This document shows, one piece after another, positions 12,901 to 24,200 of a stretch of 64,000 nt of DNA. Numbering within the stretch: the stretch's first letter is position 1; the number at the start of each line of letters is the position of its first letter. Where the stretch lies: positions 62,868,001-62,932,000 of the forward strand of contig NC_043009.1 in assembly GCF_006345805.1 (NCBI RefSeq), in the 5' to 3' direction. A program made the translations under genes and the position numbers. Source of the DNA: Octopus sinensis. Its lineage: Eukaryota. The notes beneath the pieces were generated by a model. That model made no database searches. It was not told the DNA's origin and saw nothing but the letters and a program-made list of their open reading frames with translations.

Positions 12901-15900
12901 CCCAAATAAACACTGCTTGAGATAATACTCTGAACAACCATCACGCGGTTTCTCGATTTTTGTTTCTGTCTTAACATCTTTTCCATGCATTTGTTGCAGT
13001 GAAAATATTAATAAAATCTAATATTCCTTTCTACTCTGGACACAAGACCTGAAACTTTGGGGAATGGGGACAGTTGATTACATCAACCTCAGTGCCCAAC
13101 TGGTCCTTATTTTATCACTCCTAAAGGGATGAAAGGCAAAGGTGACCTCAGTGGAATTTGAACTCAGAACATAAAGACAGGCGAAATGCTGCTTAGCATT
13201 TTGCCCAGCGGGCTAATGATTCTGCCAGTTGGCCACCTTAATAAAGTCTAATGTTAAAAAATATTTTTAATGACATTAGACATTATAAGCACATTCCAGA
13301 ATATTTGCAGTTCCAGGCAATCTATATGTTATTGGTAAGAGTTGCTCAAGACACAATAAGATATATGGTTCAAGTCCTACCAAGGGGCCTGTTTCTCTCT
13401 CCTGTCTCAAAATCAAGCTTATAATGTGCAATAAGCGTTAAATGGAAATTTTATCAAGTAATTCATCATTTTATTACCTCATCTGCATATAAATATCGAG
13501 TTAGTGGCTAGTCTGGAACATTTAGAGAAACGACAAATTGAAAAGAGCTCTTTAAAAATATAAAAGAACCAATATTGAAAAGAACAAATAATAACTAGTT
13601 ATTGAAATGCTGTCAAAATCTGATAAATCCCACACACAAAAATGAAAAGCACAACAGAAATGTAGCTAAAAATAGTACCTTTTTGAACAGTTGTTCTATT
13701 CTGCCAAACTGATGTGAAAGCAACATTGCTAATTAATTAGTATCAAGACACAGAATTATATGGTGCCTTTTGAACACAAAAGCTTGAACAATCAATGAGC
13801 TTCATTTAAAATTAGGTGAAAAAATAATTATCACCAATACATAGATAATGTAAGCCAACATATCATACATAAGAACATAATTTCATAACAAGCCAATGAG
13901 AAAAGAAAAAAAATCTTTTAAGTTTCACAATAATAAATCAAACACCACTTACATTAATTTCAGCTTCTTCCACCTCCTTTTCCTTGCTTGCTGATTGGAT
14001 GGATGAAGTTGATTCAGCAGAAGTTTCTTCCTTCTCACTACCATTACTCACACTACTACTTGGTTTTTTACTACACCGGTAAACAAAAAACAAAAACAAA
14101 AGCATTTTGAAAATTCCATATAATTTACCATACTACTATTATTGTTATTACTATCACATTGTATCTTTCCACTAATGACTGCAGTTCATTGAAGAACAAA
14201 TTGCATTTGTGGAATGACAATCTCCAGACGCTGCACATATTAGAAAACTCAACAGACCCCCACTGTCAGCATATAATTGAGTACACCCATATTTTTGCAC
14301 AAATACATTAAACAAAACACACTGAGTTTTCACCATTCCCATATAACTGAGCACTCGTTACACAGTGTGTATACATACTCTCTTTTACTCCTTTACTTGT
14401 TTCAGTCATTTGACTGCGGCCATGCTGGAGCACCGCCTTTACTCGAGCAATTCGACCCTGGGACTTATTCTTTTGTAAGCCCAGTACTTATTCTATCGGT
14501 CTCTTTTGCCGAACCGCTACATAACGGGGACATAAACACACCAGCATCGGTTGTCAAGCAATGCTAGGGGGACAAACACAGACACACAAATGCATATATA
14601 TATATATATACGACGGGCTTCTTTCAGTTTCCGTCTACCAAATCCACTCACAAGGCTTAGGTCGGCCCGAGGCTATAGTAGAAGACACTTGCCCAAGGCG
14701 CCACGCAGTGTGACTGAACCCGGAACCATGTGGTTGGTAAACAAGCTACTTACCACACAGCCACTCCTGCGCCTATATGTAAACTATTTTAATTCTATTT
14801 TTCATGCTAACTTGAAAGAGGTGCTAACTGCATGGAGCTAAACCAATTATATGGCTTGAGAAAGGAGGACACCCAAAACAGGGCAAAATGGCGAGATGGT
14901 GTGAGGACGGTTGCTATGGCATTGAGGTAGATCCGGCCACCCCCGTTAATGGGAACAAAACCGGAATTTAAAATAATGGATGGATAGATGATACACACAC
15001 ACAACAAGCTTCTTTAACTTTTCTGCCTGCCAAATTCACTTACAAGATATTAGTCAGCCCAGGGTGACCAATGTTTTGCAAGACACTTGCCCAAGGTGCT
15101 GTGTAATGGGACTGAACCCAAAACCCCCATGGCTACAAAATAAGCTTCTTAACAACCACACAGCTCTGCCTGTGCACGTAATTGCATAATTCTTAATGTA
15201 ACAACACAGATGATGATGATGATGACAAAGTGTCCTACCGAGATTCTTTTTCATTTGCTGCTCGCTTCTTTGCTGGGATATTTTCATCAGGAGATCCTGC
15301 TGTTCTTTTTCTTGTACTACTTTCAGCTTTGTTATTTGTTGGTGCACTGGACGATCGGTTTTGTGCAGCTCGGCGTGTTGTGCCTTTTGTAGAGCCATTC
15401 AAAATCTGTTTTGTAGGTGATAAAACTTTTAAAGGAGAATTTTTAGAAGTTTGTCGCTTGGGCGAACGAAAGTCTGTTATTTTTGCCTGCATACCTGTCG
15501 CCTTTTTAGATTTGGCTACAGCTTTTGTTAATTTTATGGGGGTTTTGTTTTTCTTTCCAGCTTGAAGTGTAGCCTTTTTCACTAAAGCACCCTTTTTTTT
15601 GACAGCAGCAGATGTCTGTCTCACAGCTCGGCTAGTTCGAGCCTTCTGTTCACTAGTTGATTCCTCACTCTTCATTTTCTTGTCACTTTGTGAAGACGTA
15701 CTGAATGGTAGAGGAAGGAAAGCACATTATTGTAATTAAAAGAAATAAAACTCTTCAACACCCCACCAAAATCAACAGAGTAAGAACAATAAGATAATGA
15801 ACAATAGCTTACAAAACATGATGTGACATTATGCACATATACTCAACATGTTAACCACCACAGCCTGTTATTAGAGCTTACTGGTGGTGCCACATATTTC

Positions 15901-18900
15901 TAGTCACATTGCATACGGTTTAATTACAAGGAAACGTAATTATTTTTTGCAGTTTTACAATATTTCATAATTAAATTTTAATATTAAGCATCCATGTTAT
16001 CTAAATATTCCCAAAACATTGTCAAAGATACAGAATTAAAATATGTTCTCAAATTATGAAAATGTACCACCAGTGGTACTTGGTGGCAGTTATGACGTGC
16101 TTAAATTATTCATTTTTATATATTCATATGAAGTTTCCACCAATCCTTTTTTTTTTTTAAATTGCATCACTATGACAGAAAAACATACTAAAAACACAAA
16201 AAAGTTTGAACTTTTCCAACTGTACAAAAGATTTTATGAATTAATGCTGCTTGGAAGTAATTAATTGCATTTTTATGAATTAAAGATTGACGAGATAATG
16301 TGTTAGCAGCTGAAATACTGTTGCACTCTAATAAGGTAACTTGTGCAAGCAAGAAAAACATATCTCTGACAACCAAGTCTAAGATGTGTTATCCTCTTAT
16401 AAAATTTCATTTTATTAGTCTGGTTGCCATGGAAATTTCTGATACTAACTAATCAAGAATCATTATTACTAACTTTTGGGATGCAATTTCAGTGTATATA
16501 ATTGAATTTTTCCCTTGCTCATTGAGAAAAATCACCCACATGCTTAGACCATTTAGAAATTCACAGGTTTTCTAAGGACATTAAAAATACTATGAAAATG
16601 TTTTAATTTTCCTAAAGATGATATACGAAAATGAAAACAAGGAAGGAAATTTATGTAAACAAAATGGGACAATCAATACCATGCTCTAAATATCCACCAT
16701 GTTTTGAGAAATCATTCAGAAATTAAAGGTAAGACGGAAATTGTTTTTTTTTATTAAAAATATACTTTTCCCTGCAACTTTTCCCCATGGTGAAACACAC
16801 CACTGGCTAGGGAAGTATGCTAAAGAAGATCCGTAAAAAATTCTTTAAAATCAAACAAGCAATATATATATATATATATATATTAGATCAATACAACATG
16901 GCAAGTTTATAAGTTTTTTTACTATTAAAAGTTTAATTTGTCTGAAATAATTATCATTCAGTAATTGAGGTCAGGACTTAGAGAGTTTTAAGTATTGATA
17001 ATAAAGAATATCTACCTTTCTTTTGCTTCATTTTCTTTTTCCTTCTTTTTCTTTGATTCTCGGGGGCATGTAGGGTTAGGATTTACAACAGGTTTAGGGG
17101 AGGTCACAATAATTTCTGTTGTGGTGAACGGCACAGATGGTTTAGCAGTTACAGCTTTCTCAGATGTATTCATTAGAGTTGTCGGGGCAACTTTTTTCTA
17201 AGAAAGATAGGGGAAAAAAAATATTTTAAAACACCATGTCAGAGAAAACTGAAAAGCATATTTCCACATTGCAATAATATTTGGAAACTGAATAACTACC
17301 AGCAAAAGTAATTTATGGATCTTTCATCTTACCTTTCCTGTATCAAAGATGAAGTCCTTTGGGAGGTATAACTTGGTATTGCTATAACTCTGTAGGAAAG
17401 ACATAAAAGATGACTTTAGAATCAAATAGATTAAACACAAAACAAAATAAAAAGGAATCATAATTCTACTGGTGTTATTTTGGTTTATAATATACTGCTT
17501 ATACTGCAGTGTAAATAACGGACAGAATCAAGACTATTGAACAGGTTGAAAGACGCAACGAAAATTTTAGGAAAATAAAAATAAGAAATTTTACCATTGA
17601 GTGTGTTACATTATAAGGCACAAAAAGAAAATGAGTCTCTCCAGACACAACAGAATATGCTTATACATCATTCTAGGAAAAGTGGCAGAGTTCCTTTCAC
17701 ACACTGGACCTCATGGAGGCAAAGTGGTTGAGTTCCTTTAGAGTGTTGGGCCTCACAGAGGCAATGACCAAGACCTTTGGCATTATGTTGTGCTTGAGAA
17801 GAAAGCCCATTAAGCCAACCAAAATCAGTCGTGGCAGATACTGGTGTCGTGCCGGTGGCACATGAAAGCACTCATTACACTCTCAGAGTGGTTGGCATTA
17901 GGAAGGGCATCCAGCCATAAAAAAACCATGCCAAATCAGACTGGTCTGGCACAGCCTTCCAGCTTGCCAACCCTAGTCAAACCGTCCAACCCATGCCAGC
18001 ATGGACAATGGACATTAGACAGAAACTGCATGGAAGCCCATAATGTGTATGTGTGTGTTTGGCCCCCATCACCACTTGATATCCAGTGTTGGTTTATTTA
18101 TGGCCCTAGGAAAGAAACTTGTAGAATAAGCACCAGGCTTAAAAATAAGTATTGAGGTTGATCTATTCGACTAAAACCCTTCATGGCGGTGCCCAAGCAT
18201 GGCCACAGTCTAACAAGTGAAACAAGTAAAAGATTAAATATAAAATGAGTGCTTGCACACCATGAAGCTGTATTCAGCCTCCATCTTTTCCACAAGTCAG
18301 TGCTTGACCATACTTTTAAGATCCCATCACTTCTGCCAATGTGTGTGTGTGTGAGAGAGGGGTGTGGCGAAACAAGTATTTAGTGCCATAAAAATAAGGC
18401 AGTAAGACAAACTGTGAAGTTGTCTAAAGAGAGAGAGAAAAAAAAAAGTGGTTTATTTTAAGATTTCCAATAATATCATCATCATCATCGTCGTCGTTTA
18501 ACGTCCGCTTTCCATGCTAGCATGGGTTGGACAAAAATCAAGTTCCCATGCCGGGAATCGAACCCGGGCCGCCTGGGTAAATGCCAGGAATCCTAACCAC
18601 TAGACCACAATAGTGAGATAAAGTTAGACCGAAGAGCTCTTCAAAAAGAGAAGAGGTAACCAATCAAACAGTGCAACATCAATATAAGACTTACATGATC
18701 TGGTTTGGTGAACAGTTTTATTGGAAGAACAGGCTCCATGACCGTATCTTTCAGGACAACATTTGATACCTTCGTCATCATCAATCCCAAAGCAATGTCA
18801 CAAACAGCATATAATTTCTTATAAAATAAAAAAGGAAAAAAAAAAAAAATTTTTTTTTTTTACTTCAACCAAACAATTTTTTGTATAACATAACTCTCAT

Positions 18901-21171
18901 TAAGCTAAGTAATTCATAATGTTGAGAAAGTAGACTTAATAGTATTTCTACTAAGAACACACACAAACATATACACATACATAAATAAATAACTGAAAAT
19001 TAATATGGGGCATATCAAAAAAGTCACACTGTTACACATTAACCTATTTCTTTACTACTCACAAGGGGCTAAACACAGAGAGGAGACAAACGGACTAAGT
19101 CGAATATATCGACCCCAGTGCGTAACTGGTACTTATTTAATCGACCGCCGAAAGGATGAAAGACAAAGTCGACCTTGGCGGAATTTGAACTCAGAACGTA
19201 ACGGCAGACAGAATACTGCTAAGCATTTCGCCCAGCGTGCTAACATTTCTGCCAGCTCGACGCCTTACACATTAACCATTTAGCATTCAAACTATTCTGT
19301 CAAATGCAATGCTTATTTATTCATTGTTTTGAATCTACCATGAATTATCGAGTAGCTTCAAGTGTTTGATGATATGGCAGTTTATTTTTTAAATGACATA
19401 GTAGAGCAGGTGCAAGAGGCCAGATTTGGCCAATTCAAACATAAAGCGGGTAGAATATTTTGGCCAGATACAGCCATGCTCGAGGCTTAAAGAAGCAATC
19501 TGACTCAAGTTGCAGCACCTTCTATCTTCATAGGTGTAACTTACTATCTCTCAACTTATCTTCTCACATACACACACCTGAAGAGGACTTTCTTCATAAC
19601 AACAGTTTCGCATTTTAACTATAACATTCATCATCATCATCGTTTAACGTCTGCTTTCCATGCTAGCATGGGTTGGACGATTTGACTGAGGACTGGCGAA
19701 CCAGATGGCTGCGCCAGGCTCCAACCTGATCTGGCAGAGTTTCTACAGCTGGACGCCCTTCCTAATGCCAACCACTCCAAGAGTGTAGTGGGTGCTTTTA
19801 AAGTGCCACTGGCACGAGGGCCAGTCTGGCAGTACTGGCAACGGCCACGCTCGAAAATGGTGTTTTTTACATGCCACCGGCGCAAGAGTCAGTCCAGCAG
19901 CACTGGCAACGATCTCGCTTGAATGTTTTGTTCACGTGCCAGTGAGGCGAAGCTGACAACGATCACGCTCAATTGGTGCTCTTTACGTGCCAGACAGCTG
20001 CTCTGGCAGTGATCCTGCTTGGATGGAGCTGTTAGTGCTCCACTGGCACGGGTTCCAACATTACATAATATATTCACAATAATTAATCCTGTACAACATG
20101 CTTTTGCTACTGATCTCATATATTGATGTGAACTAGGAGAAAGCATGCACATTTGTTTTCCATTAGTCTACATAAGAGAGGCAATTCTGTACCTGCCCTA
20201 ATGTGAGATCATACCTTATTCATTTCATCATCCTCTGGGCCCTGTGCATCTTTAGTCTGTTTAATATCTTCAATCATCCGTCTGAAGAATGCATAGTTAT
20301 AGTCTTCACTCCGGCTCATCAAGGGATCCATCACAAACCAAAGACATCTAAAAATAAACAATGATACATTTTCAGAGACTTAAGATTAGAATTTAAAGAT
20401 TTTTATAGTTAAAAATCGAATTTTTAAAAATTCACAATTTATAATTAAAGAAAAAAAAAAAGTATATATAGATAAATGTTAATTATACTAACTCTTTAAT
20501 GATGTTCAAAGCTTGCATATGATCATGTGATTTGAGGTCAGGGTCGTGAGCCAACAGGTGAATTGTATAGGGCAGCATATAATCTGGGAGTAAGGAAAAG
20601 ATTTTAGCTGGAAAAAAGACGAAAAATTCTAAATAAGATGGAGTTTGTTTTTTTTATCTGTACATGATGCTTTTGTGTGTATGTGTTATCAAACATTCCT
20701 TTTTCTGTAATGAATAAATTCCCCAGAAGAGGAATAGGATTTTTTTTTAAATATATATTTCAGAGAAAAAACTCACAGAACCAGAAATATTAGTTTTTCT
20801 CCTGATTTTCTGGAATGCTTACAGAGAATAAGTCCAACTAATTGAGACTAATGAGAAGTGACCAGCAAAATGGTCAATTGTGCTAGTGTTTGACCTACTG
20901 CTTTTAATTAAACTTACAATGGATGAGTTTCGTCTGATTGAGTGATAAACAACGAGGGAGAGAACACATTTAGAATATATTCAAGATGACTTACAGTATG
21001 GTATGGATATGGAGTCATTTTGATCAGAAATGAAGGATACAGAAATGATCCGAGTAGTAATAACAGATGAAAGTGTAAGAGAATACAGTTAGGGAACCAA
21101 GAGATGGGAGTGTGTGATGTATGTTATATACGTCTATAAGGTAGTAGCTTTCTAACAGGTGGGGGGGGGGT

Positions 21172-21204
<33 letters not shown>

Positions 21205-24200
21205 GGAGTCAACATTACAAGCAAACTGTTGAAAATTTTAGATATGCAAGGAGCTGTAGTGGACACTTTGGGATAAAATTCTAAATTCTTATGTCCAATG
21301 AATACGTCCATTTCGTTAAATGTATTTTTAAAGTAGAGAATTAGTACCGATTCCACTTTAGCAGCAAATTGTTATTTGATACAAATTATCAAATTTTCAA
21401 AAAGGGAGAGGAAAAAAAAAAAGACAATTAAAAAAAATCATTAATTAGCTATGAAATAGAAAAAGTAAGCGTACTATTCATTCAATGCAATTAGTGAAGC
21501 TCTTTCCTTAAACAAATTAAAACTACATCAATGATAATAAACTAATAATTTTCTCAAATTTCAAATGGTTTTCTTCTAATTATATTTCTTACTTTAATGT
21601 GAAATGCTTAGAGTCAAAAAGCAAAGCTTGGTTATGTAACTTACAGCCTGCTGTTGCATGCTGTTTGAGATATTCTCTCCTTTTGCTAATATTTGCATAA
21701 AGGAACTGCTTCACCTGAGCTCGTCGTTCCTTGACAGGGTCATTAGCTGCCAAAGAGAAGATACTCATATATTCAAGAGGTAAGCGAAGACTTAGCAGTC
21801 CTTTGTTCAATTTCATAGCGAACCGGAGACGGACTTGATAACAGCTATCCTGCAAAAGACAAAAAGAATACTATGTAAAAAAAAAAAAATAAAAAAAAAC
21901 TAATACAAAATATAGAAAATACTTTATTTCCAACTAACATTTGTAAATGTAAGATCTGCAGAACATTTTCAAGAACTGACGTTTAATAAATCATAAAATA
22001 AAAACAACTTACATTAATAAGCAATGCTAATGCCTGGAACTGTTCTCTGGTAATAAGCTCTGCAAAGCAGGGTTCTTCTGCCAACTTTAACATACAACAG
22101 CCTGCTTGTAGCCGGAGACGAGCTAATTCAGGTTTGCTTTAAATAAAATAATTTAACAAGAATAAGTGAATCCATGCATGTAATCCTCCACCACCTACCC
22201 TCCAACATCCAAGAAGGAATTACATTATCAGGAGATCACTCTCAAGTTATATTGAATTGCACAACATGAAATAGATTTCCACATAAATACATTGGTATTT
22301 CTTTTGTTTTCTACTAATCCTATAAAACTATTATTATCATTGTTTCACATACATTAACCACGTTTGGCATGGATAGGACACGTCACCACAGTTGGAATAA
22401 CCACACTTTTGAGGGCCACTCCCCATCTAGATGGGTCAAGGAATCTTATCTCGCACAGGTTTCATTTTGGCTTGGTTTTTATGGTTGGATGCCTTTCATA
22501 ACATCAACCATTTTACAGGGTACACAAGGTATGGTTTTGTGACAAAGGGTCCATAGATGTAACCATGGCCTCAAAGAGACTTCACAATTCCCACATCTCT
22601 GCTCACACACCAGCCTTTTAGAGAGAGAACCAAGAATGATAGTGATGTGTTATCAAGGTGGAGGCAGTAACTTAATATCTTGAGGAACTGTTTCTCCACT
22701 GCTGATTTTCCAACATGTCTCAGAGGCCATACAAAGAGCATGGGTGCTGCTCTTCCTTCTGTGCCCAACCCAGCGAAAAACAAAATACAGTGAAGAACCA
22801 GTCAAGCTAAAAATGGTTGAGCAAGAGTCCAATAAATGAATCGTCCAAACCAACAAGTCATCAGGTGAGAAAGAATGAAGGATTAGATCTGATTTGAGTG
22901 GGAGAGAATTTAAAAGGCACACCAGTGATACACAATATTGGATTTAAGTGTTGGATCTAAGTATGGTGGTGGGCATGTGAGAGAGAGCCCCTTATTCCTA
23001 CATTACAATAATGGATGACCTGTTGAGGCAAGTGAAAATCAAAATTAAAATCGATCCACATCAATAGAATTTGTAGTTTGCGGTACCAGTGCCGGTGGCA
23101 CATAAGAGAACCATCCGAACGTGGCCGTAGCCAGCACCACATCGACTGGCCTCCGTGCTGGTGGCATGTAAAAAACACCATCCGATCGTGGCCGTTTGCT
23201 AGCCTCGTCTGGCACCTGTGTCGGTGGCACATAAAAAGCACCCACTACACTCACGGAGTGGTTGGCATTAGGAAGGGCATCCAGCTGTAGAAACACTGCC
23301 AGATCTGACTGGCCTGGTGCAGCCTTCTGGCTTCCCAGACCCCAGTTGAACCGGCCAACCCATGCTAGTATGGAAAGCGGACGTTAAACGATGATGATGA
23401 TGATCTCACTAACCCCCCCCATTTTTTTTTTTTTTTGATAATGCAGAAAGTCAAGCAATAAAGAAATATACTACAGTCATAAGAATATAAGAGTTTCGTT
23501 GCCATTTTTAGTAGGTTTTCATTTATCTGTTACTCAGTTTCAAAACATTTTAATCTCAACAGTAAAGATGACAAGTGCAATAATGCAGCAAATGAAGAAA
23601 TACTTACTTTATCTTTCCTCTCTCCATAAGATCACCCTCATGGATTATCACAGTATAAAGTAGCCGTAAAGTAGATGTTGCTGAATTTCCTGCATTATTC
23701 CGTAAGCCCAATAACCAGCGAACCAACATTTTCATAGCCAAAACCTGTCAACATTATATTCAAAATATTACTCTTTCTTCAAGACAGATGTTTAATACAA
23801 ACAAGATTATTATCACAGGTGACCAATTATGGTTACAAAGACCATGTTTAACACTTTTCGTTATCTTATTTCTGTTGAGATGCTCTGCGTCTCTTTCAAT
23901 TAATTTTAAATATAACAAAGAATTTAGTAAAATAACTTAGTTATCATTAAGCTAGTGTTATAAATTGTGACTAAGGTTTATTGGAAGATTTTAATTCAAA
24001 ACTTTTGAAAACGAGAAATTTGTACTACAGGGTCAGAGGCAGTTTCAAGTGGGTTGGTATTGAAATGGTTAAGAATGGTTTCTCTATTATATATTTTAAC
24101 CCATTTGTTACCATATTTCTGTTGAGATTCTGTGTGTCCCTTTCAATTAATTTTAAATATAACAAAGAATTTAGTAAAATAACTTAGTTATCATTAAGCT

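Noticed and set aside
15054-15565. Alternative-frame and antisense ORFs overlapping exon 30
   Set aside because: Shadows of the low-complexity PDS5 exon.
18543-18614. Functional tRNA gene (Glu, or Lys with a TTT anticodon)
   Set aside because: The acceptor stem does not pair and U33 is lost; it is treated as a retropseudogene.
22640-22960. Possible LINE endonuclease remnant
   Set aside because: Only vague motif resemblance; cannot be supported without a profile search.
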